Shown here: piece by piece, positions 34,601 to 42,205 of the stretch
Numbering within the stretch: position 1 is the stretch's first letter
Layout of the letters: the number at the start of each line of letters is the position of its first letter
Virus record (IMG/VR): IMGVR_UViG_2061766007_000145
Length of the DNA stretch: 64,000 bases
Strand: one strand, 5' to 3'
From: an uncultured virus (IMG/VR IMGVR_UViG_2061766007_000145)
Taxonomy: Duplodnaviria; Heunggongvirae; Uroviricota; Caudoviricetes
Notes under the pieces: generated by a model
The model's database searches: none
Told to the model about the DNA's origin: nothing
Seen by the model: the letters and a program-made list of their open reading frames with translations, nothing else
Translations under genes and position numbers: made by a program

Positions 34601-34764
34601 GTTTTGATTAGTGAGTCGTCAAGCTCAAGCTTAACCTTTTTGGGAGTCTTGTTTAAGCTATTGACAATTTCACTAATATCCTCTTGCATTTGGGTGACAC
34701 TCGTACTGACTTGTGCGCCCACTATTATTTCAATATCTGATTTCTTTGCTGACAAAATTTTCAC
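16601..34764 (-). CDS. Tape measure protein, about 3,200 aa after splicing four group I introns and removing assembly duplicates
   Basis: Exon 1 is 34764-31858, exon 2 is 30652-30528, exon 3 is 30244-29781 (contains an allelic duplicate; 265 nt net), exon 4 is 29366-29043, and exon 5 is 26233-16601 (gapped). Spliced junctions read LITVG|NNFPINVSQISEG...AANTTI|QNAAKSSTGLRTI...ETLSG|TRQQ...KNNVG|ILTKT. The first three rebuild TP901-type TMP core motifs. The length is a hand estimate. Confidence 0.85.
23231..23563 (+). CDS. Conserved small protein of Clostridia umuC/dinB-type cassettes
   Basis: VKV...FD..G..LP..I.W.DGR.F.IDEV...GDCYTV.I.G....LFFE...RWYVE; lies on an N-flanked, higher-GC contig piece. 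Confidence 0.6.
   Translation: MQGQLEKREKRERVYVKVTSDFDATGYMLPRTIIWTDGRIFRIDEVKDFRPACTFGNGRTGDCYTVVIGGVEKHLFFEKTSELFAARVGRWYVERPVIQEQWRKAKCATK
23548..23846 (+). CDS. ASCH domain protein (truncated by gap)
   Basis: MKL...PFEMI.SGKKT.ELRL.DEKRQ.IKV.D.I.F is the ASCH signature. Confidence 0.8.
23970..24890 (+). CDS. Y-family DNA polymerase (UmuC/ImpB-like), partial
   Basis: VAPPRM..Y, HVYSIDEVFID, TAGIGTNLYLAKVAMD, LTDFWRVG; both ends lie in N-gaps. Confidence 0.85.
26262..26290 (+). promoter_or_regulatory. Perfect sigma-A promoter for the Zn-ribbon and KwaB-like genes
   Basis: TTGACA (26262-26267), 17 bp, TATAAT (26285-26290). Confidence 0.85.
26333..26644 (+). CDS. Zinc-ribbon protein (four CxxC pairs)
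   Basis: CPKC..CQVC and PHCPTCGSTN...G.GSSKMGKQFECKDCGYKF; antisense to the late operon. Confidence 0.75.
   Translation: MKPKQYNAYNASGNKIEKLNKYCPKCAKYYVVSDYMSKCQVCKTPFAHAKPVEQPNTPHCPTCGSTNLRKIGNLERGLSVTVWGFGSSKMGKQFECKDCGYKF
26660..27598 (+). CDS. KwaB-like (DUF4868) Kiwa anti-phage protein
   Basis: 312 aa with AAGGAG RBS. Recognised by pattern (YDG, E.LF.FE..Y, ISE.F.I, FIK.IC.K...P), size and pairing with a 4-TM partner; not HMM-confirmed. Confidence 0.6.
   Translation: MSLERIRDVFNAIADTSNRSWKLCLLRFNQTKRNGTSYFTRTIRLEPEGALTDFVSGLADVYIGGNNPKLNMYEALRNYDGSVVGNYIYKVDFTQLQIQDVLEKFTTVIENPDTEIKISDTKFNAYVISGAINQDGDHEQSVALVTLRAPLSILKNKFWFSEGRFVKSEKDILTLSPFVNVVIVDEDVYFLDLNAESLFGFERTYKDICAKTSQEIAELNIVSDAEQFTEFANKGHNPRRFLSLKKENITYIQNADNLIYISETFRIKLSDNKVDASDEKSVENFIKFICGKAMINPVDGSPREVPSSYDWT
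27583..28149 (-). CDS. KwaA-like four-TM membrane protein
   Basis: 188 aa with GAGGAGG RBS. LFFSSFIPLW N-terminus, F.FSFALPL.AF.F, IRNN..FPN..L...GY.YYKC, as in DUF4868 partner proteins. Confidence 0.6.
   Translation of the reverse strand: MTILFKPSLFFSSFIPLWLVIIYMDAVSIYQSNSNIFIETISIPIISILILLSLTDTFLEIRHFKKFDSHKRIVCFAEKDKDILPTFIFSFALPLCAFNFTQYDGVISFLLFFIPIMIICIRNNIVFPNAALMIVGYNYYKCRFDEDANGHLFLVATKQKDLEANIGAEVTAYQINNDAQLLFDYVQS
28184..28212 (-). promoter_or_regulatory. Sigma-A promoter (extended -10) for the KwaA-like gene
   Basis: On the minus strand: TTGCAT (28212-28207), 17 bp ending in TGT, TATAAT (28189-28184). Confidence 0.75.
29367..29780 (-). ncRNA. Group I intron 3 of the TMP gene (414 nt, no ORF)
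   Basis: P1 CUGGU|/GCCAG; R GUUCAACGACCA; S GAAGAAAUGGUC (29448-29437); ends UUUUG|ACU CGU CAG, restoring LSG|TRQQ. Confidence 0.9.
30245..30527 (-). ncRNA. Group I intron 2 of the TMP gene (283 nt, no ORF)
   Basis: P1 CACGAU|/GUCGUG; R CGUAACGACCA; S GAAGGUAUGGUC (30357-30346); ends ACAGAUUG|A CAA AAU, restoring TTI|QNAAK. Confidence 0.9.
30653..31857 (-). mobile_element. Group I intron 1 of the TMP gene (1205 nt) with an endonuclease ORF
   Basis: P1 UGGGU|/GCCCA; R CCGAGAGACUG; S GAAUAUACAGUC (30753-30742); ends ACAGACUG|AAU AAC UUC, restoring TVG|NNFP. Confidence 0.9.
30838..31752 (-). CDS. Intron-encoded endonuclease: three CxCxCG...SCGC zinc repeats plus a PD-(D/E)XK/Vsr-like domain
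   Basis: Repeats ...CICECG/CICDCG/CQCGKCG...; C-terminal RFDFFLPEYNAAIEYQGEQHF...D..K..FC..NNI.LIEI. Confidence 0.75.
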   Translation of the reverse strand: MQNRRIKTRRKDYTGEKIGHLTVIEMLYGYGNSGESYVRCICECGNECIKPTYRILHSINPAHCGCMEKYYKTIQANGLRKDLTGRRFGRLVVTKMICEPNQMSKAECICDCGNTVIKPITYLTTGDTQSCGCLQKERASKALTKDFSGVTSMYGVKFLRREYKNTKGTWMWLCQCGKCGTQFVALPASVLNGKIKSCGCIRRSSGETRIANLLNSLGLDSIEELPFLNDIIGANQRFDFFLPEYNAAIEYQGEQHFSPIVPFGGQDEYARRIELDKGKREFCRINNIPLIEIDYNNTEDQIKK

Positions 34765-34812
34765 CGTCCTTTAAAATCTGTTTCGCCGTAGCCTGACAAG
34801 AACGGCTATAGT

Positions 34813-35394
34813 TTACATTCTGTATTTACCACTTGGCTCTATGCCTGTGACGTTATACTTACCGGCATAATCTCTCATAAATACCCTAATTGCACTTTCG
34901 ATAAAGTGTGCACCATTTCGATATGGCAAGGTACAGATTTGTTTTCCGTTCCAATTACCCCTTATTGACTTCCCACTCTTAGTTTCAAATCCGGCGTTTA
35001 ATAGATCAATAATATTATCTGCGCCACGGTACCTTTGTGGGGCAACAGAGTCTCTGTGTAAACTGTCTGCAAAATAAACAGGTATCTTGTACACGCCGTC
35101 TTTTACTTTTTCAGGGTCACCACACTCTATGTTCATAAACTCATTAGCAGCTTCTTGGCTGATTCTGCCTCCAGAGTAATTGGAACCTACCGAGCTTTGA
35201 ATTTCAGCCCGAAGGGTATCAATAAACAAATATGCGGCATGATAAATATTCACAGAACTTTTTGAACTTGTAAAAAAGTCAAACCCACCCAGAATCTTTT
35301 TGTCGGCTGCTTCTTGTACCCGCTTTTTACCCTCTGGTGTTTTTAAATACCCGTTGGTTTTTCTCATTATCGACGCCATATTAACCGACGGCAT
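34813..35394 (-). CDS. Hypothetical virion/tail protein
   Basis: 193-aa ORF with RBS, immediately upstream of the TMP. Confidence 0.55.
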   Translation of the reverse strand: MPSVNMASIMRKTNGYLKTPEGKKRVQEAADKKILGGFDFFTSSKSSVNIYHAAYLFIDTLRAEIQSSVGSNYSGGRISQEAANEFMNIECGDPEKVKDGVYKIPVYFADSLHRDSVAPQRYRGADNIIDLLNAGFETKSGKSIRGNWNGKQICTLPYRNGAHFIESAIRVFMRDYAGKYNVTGIEPSGKYRM

Positions 35395-35406
35395 ACCATC
35401 ACCTCG

Positions 35407-36006
35407 TTATCCTGCGCTTACCGCATCGGGATATTTCTCTTTAACAATCGCTTCTGCAATCGCGTCTTTATCAAGTGCTCCGGACGCAATAGCGTTAATC
35501 ATCTTGCCAACCGAATCTCCGTCCACACCGGCTAACACTCTTTCGATGTCACGCTCCATATCCTCAAGTTTTGCTGTTGCGTCGTTAATCATCTTATTTG
35601 TCTTGTCGATATTATTTCGCACTTTGTATTTAATCTTTTCATCAACGGCGTTCATTATGCCGAAAAACTGATCTTCGTCAATATACTGTTCAATAAACTG
35701 TACAATATCTGAAGAATAAATAATCTCGTAACACTTCTGCACATTCTGAGGAAGCGCTACGTTGGTGTAGTTTTCAATAATGGCTCGCTTCACCGCGAAG
35801 TCCTTTACCTCCGGCAGATATTCTTCTTCGCTATCAAAACACAAATCCACGACGCTTCTGACAAATCTCAACATCTGTTCAAACGATAATGCTCTTGATA
35901 CCTCAATATCGAGTTCTCTCCATCGTGCAACAATTACCGGTTCATAATCTTCGGATACTGCCTTTTCGAGTTTATTTATTGATATTCTATTTTGTTCTTT
36001 TGCCAT
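35407..36006 (-). CDS. Hypothetical protein (possible tail assembly chaperone)
   Basis: 199-aa acidic helical ORF with AAGGAG RBS; position in the tail operon. Confidence 0.55.
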   Translation of the reverse strand: MAKEQNRISINKLEKAVSEDYEPVIVARWRELDIEVSRALSFEQMLRFVRSVVDLCFDSEEEYLPEVKDFAVKRAIIENYTNVALPQNVQKCYEIIYSSDIVQFIEQYIDEDQFFGIMNAVDEKIKYKVRNNIDKTNKMINDATAKLEDMERDIERVLAGVDGDSVGKMINAIASGALDKDAIAEAIVKEKYPDAVSAG

Positions 36007-36020
36007 ACTATTATCTCCTT

Positions 36021-36599
36021 CTACTCTTTCTTCGTCTTATCATTTGCGGGCTTATATTTTGAACAGACACCATTTGTTATCTCCGGTTGAATCCTCCCAA
36101 CCTTTGCCCTATTGAGAACAGAACAATTACCGGAATAACGAGCACAGCCGACGCAGATAGAGGTAAACTCCTCTAACTGAGACGCATTATCAAATACGCC
36201 TATGTAATCCACGGGGTAGATTGTTAACTCTACCCTCGGATTACTGGAGTCGTAATAAATCCGTTGTACTCTTTCACAAACTACATTGTCATCCAGCCAA
36301 ATCATCTGTGTGTCGGTTATTGCATCGAGCATTACCTTAAAATAGTTATTGCAATCCCTGTCAATTCTGTCAAAATAAAAAACCGCGTCTACATAGAAAT
36401 GCTGTCTTTTATCTGGTATAAGACACCAACCTTGGTGTATAACCTCTTTGGACACATACTTTGAAAACTCTTTTCTGTATCTCGACGCTTCTTGCGTTTT
36501 GTACGACATAGCCATTGGCTTGCCATTTTTCATTATTGCCCGGTAGCTCAAATAATGGTTAACCGATGGCGGTATCTCACTTACGAGCTGAAGTTTCAT
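36021..36599 (-). CDS. rusA: RusA-family Holliday junction resolvase with a C-terminal Cys cluster
   Basis: PPSVNHY, RDCNNYFK.MLDAIT...W.DDN.V, NPRVELTI. Confidence 0.85.
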   Translation of the reverse strand: MKLQLVSEIPPSVNHYLSYRAIMKNGKPMAMSYKTQEASRYRKEFSKYVSKEVIHQGWCLIPDKRQHFYVDAVFYFDRIDRDCNNYFKVMLDAITDTQMIWLDDNVVCERVQRIYYDSSNPRVELTIYPVDYIGVFDNASQLEEFTSICVGCARYSGNCSVLNRAKVGRIQPEITNGVCSKYKPANDKTKKE

Positions 36600-36673
36600 A
36601 AATCTCTCCTCTCGAAAAACAAGGCTGCTCTCAAAAAGAAAGCAACCTTGTCCTATATGCTGAAAATGCAGTC

Positions 36674-36946
36674 CTATTCAGACTTCTTATTATCCGGTTC
36701 TGTTGCGAGAGACCGTTCTCCCGTGGAATTCGGAGTTCGAGTCTCTTTTGGCTTTGCGGATTTCTTCGCCTTTTTAACAGGCTCAGTGTCTTCAGCACGA
36801 GAGGCGATTACTCTTTGGAGATAAATACTGCCGTGTTCAGGGCAGCACGCCACATCTTGATAGCGAAATACTCCGTCAACATGGCGTACGGTGTGGCAGT
36901 ATTCGTATTCTTTACCGCACACCTTACATATCTTTGTAGCAGTCAT
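36674..36946 (-). CDS. Small Cys/His protein, paralog A
   Basis: MTATKICKVCGKEYEYC...FRYQDVACCPEHGSIYLQRVIASR; ATG 36946 follows GGAGGTG. Confidence 0.65.
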   Translation of the reverse strand: MTATKICKVCGKEYEYCHTVRHVDGVFRYQDVACCPEHGSIYLQRVIASRAEDTEPVKKAKKSAKPKETRTPNSTGERSLATEPDNKKSE

Positions 36947-36989
36947 AATCGTGATCACCTCCAAAATAAAAAATGGACGAGGCGTTTTG

Positions 36990-37337
36990 TTAGCCATCGT
37001 CTTTCTGCGACCCATTTAAATACTCAATAAAATCCTCCAGAGTACCAACTTCCCAAGAAGCAAATTCGTGAGTGTCAATAAACTGATTGAGCGCTTCAAG
37101 AGCTACCCTCACATAAGTCTCCTCCTGAGAATTACCGGTAGGATCGTTCCCCTCTCCACCGCCATTGGGGTCTTCTTCTTCGCCACGAGCAACGATTACT
37201 CTTGCAAAATATTCTGCTCCATGTTCGGGTGAGCAGGCAACATCTTGGTACCTGTACAAATCACCCTCACTGCGAGGGTAGTAGCTGTATTCATATTCAT
37301 TGCCGCATATTTTACAGATTCTTGTCGCAGTTGCCAT
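36990..37337 (-). CDS. Small Cys/His protein, paralog B
   Basis: MATATRICKICGNEYEY...YRYQDVACSPEHGAEYFARVIVAR. Confidence 0.65.
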   Translation of the reverse strand: MATATRICKICGNEYEYSYYPRSEGDLYRYQDVACSPEHGAEYFARVIVARGEEEDPNGGGEGNDPTGNSQEETYVRVALEALNQFIDTHEFASWEVGTLEDFIEYLNGSQKDDG

Positions 37338-37354
37338 TTACATCACCTCGTTAA

Positions 37355-38140
37355 TCAGGCAACGTCGGCAGCGTTTTCACCAAAGATGGTATATGTCCAC
37401 AGAGCACCGTTGGCTCCACAAGCGCCTGCGAGAGAAGTTGCCTCAAACTCGTGTACGGTCTGGCTGTCACCAAATTCAAGGCTGTATTCACCACTGAAAT
37501 CCGCTTTAGGAATGAAGAACTGCACCCTGTAAACATTGGCACACTTATCCTCTGCGAGAGCGTCGATATAAAGAGTAAGCTTCTTAGAGAAGACGTCACT
37601 CTCGTTAGTAAGCACGTCGGCAGTAATCTTTCTCTTGTAGTAAACGACAATTTCTGTGCCATCGGCAACACCAGAAAAGCTAAGAGCTTTTGTAGCAGGG
37701 GCATAGGCGAACTTGCCAGAGGCAGCGGCACTATCCTGAGTGAGTTCCGCGCCAAGGGTTCCGTCGGTGTTCTTAATATACAGTGCTTCAATTTCTGCGC
37801 CGGTGGTACCTACTGCCTTGTAGGAAGTAGTGGCCGCGTTGGAGTTTACAGTAAGATAGTCTGTCCACTGAACCTCGGTAGCCTTGTTTTCAAAGGTACC
37901 GCCAGACTGTGCCTCAAGCAGACCGCTGGAGATCATGCCGTTCGTGCCGCTAACAGTAACGCCTTTATTCTTCTTGAGGGTGGAGATTTTTCTGCCCTTC
38001 TTACCTGTGATGTCTTCGGTTTCCTGAGTGTTAGCAATTGTGGCACTCTGAAGCTCGTCAAGTGTAAACTTATACGCACCCGTAACAACGTCAAACGCAG
38101 TAATAGTTTCGAGACTGGTAATTACAAGATCTCTAATCAT
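37355..38140 (-). CDS. Major tail (tube) protein
   Basis: 261 aa, A/T/G-rich, strong AGGAGG RBS, biased codon usage and expected position. Confidence 0.7.
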   Translation of the reverse strand: MIRDLVITSLETITAFDVVTGAYKFTLDELQSATIANTQETEDITGKKGRKISTLKKNKGVTVSGTNGMISSGLLEAQSGGTFENKATEVQWTDYLTVNSNAATTSYKAVGTTGAEIEALYIKNTDGTLGAELTQDSAAASGKFAYAPATKALSFSGVADGTEIVVYYKRKITADVLTNESDVFSKKLTLYIDALAEDKCANVYRVQFFIPKADFSGEYSLEFGDSQTVHEFEATSLAGACGANGALWTYTIFGENAADVA

Positions 38141-38154
38141 ATGGTTTCCTCCTA

Positions 38155-38871
38155 TTATAGATTGTTGTTTTTGTATAGCCAGATAAGTTCGTCATTCTTT
38201 ACGTCCTTCGCAGAAATGCTACCAGAGTAAACACCAAACATTAGGTGCTCGTAATCGGTCTTTTTAATTATCTGTCTTACGCTCACATTGAATTGATAAA
38301 TGGAAAGTTCTCTTGTCCCCTCAAAATCATATTTGAATTGCTCGGCGTTGACCAACGAGATGATAAACGATTCGAGCTGTGAGTCGTGATATTTGTTTTT
38401 GTTTCTGCGTAGCTTCTTTCTGGCTCTTTCAAGCATGAACTTTTTAGCCTCTTCATTAGCAGGCTTACGTCTGTCCCGTTCGAGACTGTGAATTTTTCGT
38501 AATGTATTTGAAATCATACTGTAGACAGAACGATCGATCGTAATGTCGTTCAATTCGTCCCTCAGTACGATGTTGTTGTTTTGCTGATTTACCATCAGCT
38601 CAAACCCTGATAAATCTAAATCCCCAAAAATCATGCTCGTATCTTTGGACTTTAGCTCCGGGAATAAAATTAAAAGTAGGTCGTATTCATTTATGGAAGT
38701 GAAATCAATTCCTAAATCATCAAGCTGAACCATAAAATCAATCGGCATGGCTGTCAGGATTGACACAAGAGAGTAGTAGTCATCCTCGCACTCAATGATT
38801 TCTCCCACCGTCGGAACGTAAATATTGATTTTATCGTTTACGGGAATCCATCTTTCGTACAAAAGATTCAA
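38155..38871 (-). CDS. Tail-associated hypothetical protein (SPbeta-like tail region)
   Basis: 238 aa; IY.PTVGEI and LSIYQFN.S...I.K...G.YSG.I motifs. Confidence 0.55.
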   Translation of the reverse strand: MNLLYERWIPVNDKINIYVPTVGEIIECEDDYYSLVSILTAMPIDFMVQLDDLGIDFTSINEYDLLLILFPELKSKDTSMIFGDLDLSGFELMVNQQNNNIVLRDELNDITIDRSVYSMISNTLRKIHSLERDRRKPANEEAKKFMLERARKKLRRNKNKYHDSQLESFIISLVNAEQFKYDFEGTRELSIYQFNVSVRQIIKKTDYEHLMFGVYSGSISAKDVKNDELIWLYKNNNL

Positions 38872-38878
38872 CTATCCG

Positions 38879-39379
38879 TCACCCCATTTTACGGTTAACA
38901 GGCACCGGCTTCTTTCCGTCATATTGCCTGTTAAAATCGGTTGTATAGAATGTCATGACCTTTCCGATATAATCGCTCATTGGGGCAAATCTTTTGACGG
39001 AGTACAAATTAAGTTCTCCAAGCCCGTAGTACCTGCTGCCGTTGATAGCTTTGCTTATTTCTTCACAAATCTTGTCAGGTCTGACTCCTTTACCGTCCGG
39101 CAATCTTAGTCTGCTCTTATGTGAAAACACCCAAACGTATATCGTCGGGAGAAGGTATGTCTTGCTTGTAGATTTTTGAATATCGACGTCAAAGCAGATA
39201 TAGGTATATCCGTCCTGAATTGTCTCTGGGAAAAACTCATAAGGGAAAATTTGATTATATGGGAGGGTATCGGCTTCCCTTCCTTCCCCTACGAGTTCTA
39301 CAATTGATTCGTTTGTAATGAGGTCTTCCATGAGCTTATTCTTGTAGTCGAAAAATTCTTCAAGCTGCATTACAGCCAA
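38879..39379 (-). CDS. Tail terminator / neck-type protein
   Basis: 166 aa; IFPY...PETI....YICFD, R.D.I...I...ING...G.G.L; position. Confidence 0.55.
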   Translation of the reverse strand: MAVMQLEEFFDYKNKLMEDLITNESIVELVGEGREADTLPYNQIFPYEFFPETIQDGYTYICFDVDIQKSTSKTYLLPTIYVWVFSHKSRLRLPDGKGVRPDKICEEISKAINGSRYYGLGELNLYSVKRFAPMSDYIGKVMTFYTTDFNRQYDGKKPVPVNRKMG

Positions 39380-40801
39380 GACCTCCTCTCTGATTCTGGG
39401 CTATCGTCAGAACCTTGGGAGTTTTCTTTTGGGAAGTGTACATAGTAATCTGCAATGCCAAGTTCATAGTTGTCATCTTGGGTACTTGACACTTCCTGCA
39501 AAACGAATTTGAATATCCCTAATCCGTTGAACGTATATCCAAGCTTCATCGGCTTTGTAAGTTGATACGAGAGTTTCATTTCAGATTCAGGGTCGTCAAT
39601 TAAGAATCGACTTTTTCTGTCAAATTTAACGGTGTGTTCATTTCTGGCGATTACCATAGCGATACGTGAATCGCCACGGGTGGCGATGAAATGTCTCTGT
39701 TAATTAATCTTTACCTTTCGGTAAAGCACGGACTATATCTTCATCCTTTCGGATGCCTGCCACTTCGATCTTGTTAGACCTACTCCCTCACGGGATAGTC
39801 TCTGAACCTTCCTCTGTTCGAGGCTTGGCTGCTGATTGTCCAATCCTTATTGTTTTCAAACCTTTGCCGCATACGACTGTTCGCCGTTTCGTTTTGGTAA
39901 CAAGGCTCTAAGGAGTTTCCAGCAATTCAACAGGTATTTATTCAAACACATTTCTGCGTAAGCGGACTAACTTCTTAATCCTCCATCTCGCCAGTCAAAT
40001 CTTGTTTGTTTAGACGGTTCGCTAAACCGCCCGATTATTTGCCTTGCAGTTTCCTACAAGAACAGACCATATCTTCACCCATTCGGGTGCTCACCACTTC
40101 GGACTGCCAAACGCTTGCAGCCCTACGAGCTTTTGCTCTGGTCGTTGAACCTTCTCCTGTTTGGAGCTTGGCTGCTGATTGCCCATTTAAAAGCACTTAG
40201 GGTTTGACCTTATGCCATCTCATTCTTTCTTTCTGCTTTCGCCGCCATCACGCTTAGTCTTATTTCATACTTACGTTGTGGCAGAATGAGCTTTAGGACT
40301 TCCCAGCAATTCGATGAGATATTTTTCACGCAGATTACTCTACGCGGAAACTATTTCTAATTTCGTTCCGTCAGAAATGATACACCATTGTTCGTAAATT
40401 TTTCCGTCATCTTCCACCCACCGAAGAAGGAAGTTGCATTGTTCCATCAACGCTCCCGAATAAACTGTCCGGTCGGCATCCTTCTCTGTAACAAGCCATC
40501 GGTTGTCTTCCCACTCTACAAGCGCACCAAGCTCAATATCGTCACCAGCCTGAGAATACAAATACTTCTCGTTAAGGTTATCCGACTTGATTATGGCAAG
40601 CTGTTTCGTGATAGCCTTGCTGGACATTTCTTCATCGGTGATATTGTAACCACAATCTTGCCTGTAAAGCTTTATGGACTTGAATGACAAATTATCTTTT
40701 AGTCGCTTGTTGATAAATCGAACCTCTCTCTTAAAAGCGGCTCCTCGTTTCGTTCCGCCTCTGGTTTCAATTCTGTGCTCATAAGTGTCCCAGCAGCTCA
40801 T
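39370..40801 (-). CDS. Head closure / connector protein, 263 aa after splicing two introns
   Basis: Exons 40801-40360, 40000-39978 (23 nt) and 39696-39370 total 792 nt. Joined: SDGTKY LTGEMED|RHFIATRGDSRIAMVIARNE. Function inferred from position. Confidence 0.75.
39697..39977 (-). ncRNA. Group I intron B of the head-closure gene (281 nt, no ORF)
   Basis: P1 GGAU|/GUCC; AAUUGCUGGAAA; AAUCAGCAGCC; R UUCAGAGACUA; S GAAGAUAUAGUC (39742-39731); ends AACAG|AGA CAU. Confidence 0.92.
40001..40359 (-). ncRNA. Group I intron A of the head-closure gene (359 nt, no ORF)
   Basis: P1 GAAAU|/GUUUC; AAUUGCUGGGAA; AAUCAGCAGCC; R UUCAACGACCA; S GAAGAUAUGGUC (40076-40065); ends ACAAG|AU UUG. Confidence 0.92.
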
Positions 40802-41136
40802 TCGATCACCGCCTTACTTATACGCTTGTCTAACTCTCCGCAAATGTTAATAGCTTTGAACACTTCTCTTTTGACTTCTTTTACAGAACAGTCAGGGTTC
40901 TCGGAAAAGTATTTTAGTATCGCTATCAGACTGAGAAACCTTGCATCGCAGTCAAGCATATAAATCAGTTTTTCACAACCGACAAGCTCAACGCACAAAC
41001 TCCGGATGTAAACGGGGAGCGTGGGCTCGTTTTCTTCCTTCATAGGGAGTATCTTGTAAAATCGGTTAATAAGATTCCTGAAATACTTGCACAAAATCTC
41101 GTCTGGTATTTGTGTATGTTCGGTAGTTTCTATCAT
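40798..41136 (-). CDS. Hypothetical protein, head-tail region
   Basis: 112-aa ORF overlapping both neighbours by 4 nt. Confidence 0.6.
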   Translation of the reverse strand: MIETTEHTQIPDEILCKYFRNLINRFYKILPMKEENEPTLPVYIRSLCVELVGCEKLIYMLDCDARFLSLIAILKYFSENPDCSVKEVKREVFKAINICGELDKRISKAVIE

Positions 41137-41579
41137 AAGTGCAACACCGTCAAATCTCCGTGAACAAAGCTATACTCACGAATCATCTGGGTATAGTCTT
41201 TTTTGGTGTCTTTGTAAGCGTTACCAACGCGCATAAGTAATTCTGCCGGTGAATAAGTAGTATAGTCGGACGTATTCAACACGGACTCCAGGTTCTCCTG
41301 CTTATTCACATAAGGTTTCAACCACTGAACAACCATCCCTTCCGAAATGATTTCAACGATTTCATCAACGTCGTCTTCAGCAAAATCATCTGTGAACGCA
41401 CCGGACTCGTCATCGTGCATATTGAGGTCATAAGCGCATATCTTTTTGAACTTAGACACCGCCCGCTTCATATACCCACTTACGATAGATTCTCTGTCTT
41501 CACTTTCCATGCCCAGAAACTCAAACTCGGAAATTTTATTCAGAAAAGCATCGACGATAGTATCATAAGAAATATTCAT
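41133..41579 (-). CDS. Head-tail adaptor-like protein
   Basis: 148 aa; EI...GMV..WL.P......D...YSPA.LL pattern; position after the capsid gene. Confidence 0.55.
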   Translation of the reverse strand: MNISYDTIVDAFLNKISEFEFLGMESEDRESIVSGYMKRAVSKFKKICAYDLNMHDDESGAFTDDFAEDDVDEIVEIISEGMVVQWLKPYVNKQENLESVLNTSDYTTYSPAELLMRVGNAYKDTKKDYTQMIREYSFVHGDLTVLHL

Positions 41580-41590
41580 GCATCATCACC

Positions 41591-42148
41591 TTACTTTTCT
41601 ATAAGATCAATCCCGAGCACTTCCTCAAGGGTGGCAATTGTCTTTCTGGAATCAATCTCTCCCGATTCTATAAGCCTCGCAGCTCTATATGCGACAGAAC
41701 GCTTCTGCCCATCGGAAAGACCGCTGATAACCTTCCTGAGTTCAGCGGGAGTCTTTTTAAAGATGTCGTCGAAATCAGAGATGTCGATGGCATTTCTGTA
41801 AAACTGCTTTACGCCAAGATACTCTATAATCCAGTCCTCATCGAACATGAACCAATTATTGATAAAGAAATTCTTGTGAGCGTTTTTAGCGTTCTTCAGC
41901 TCTCTGAGTTCCATCTCCTGTTCAGAACCAAACCCGTCCCAAATAAACGTCTCGCCTGTTCTTGAGCTTCGATAGACAAGCCTTCCTTGAAATCCGTTTT
42001 TAACGGTAACATACTGAGAGGGGTCGATCTCTTTTGGAATAACCGGGGTGTGGGATTCGGCTGTAATAGCAACCGCCTCGCCCTCTGTGGATACTTTCGC
42101 TTTTGTTGAAGTTTTCGTATTTGCCATATAAGTTTTCCTTTCGTTCAA
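41591..42148 (-). CDS. Hypothetical protein following the capsid gene
   Basis: ORF with W..FG.E.EM...EL and GEIDS...I..LE..LG motifs; the start may be at 42127. Confidence 0.6.
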   Translation of the reverse strand: MNERKTYMANTKTSTKAKVSTEGEAVAITAESHTPVIPKEIDPSQYVTVKNGFQGRLVYRSSRTGETFIWDGFGSEQEMELRELKNAKNAHKNFFINNWFMFDEDWIIEYLGVKQFYRNAIDISDFDDIFKKTPAELRKVISGLSDGQKRSVAYRAARLIESGEIDSRKTIATLEEVLGIDLIEK

Positions 42149-42154
42149 ATATCA

Positions 42155-42191
42155 AACCCGCGAAACTCATCAAGAGCATCGCGGGCAAAAA
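42155..42191. terminator. Hairpin after the capsid gene
   Basis: CCCGCGA...TCGCGGG inverted repeat flanked by A-tracts. Confidence 0.45.
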
Positions 42192-42205
42192 TCATCTTAG
42201 CCAGA

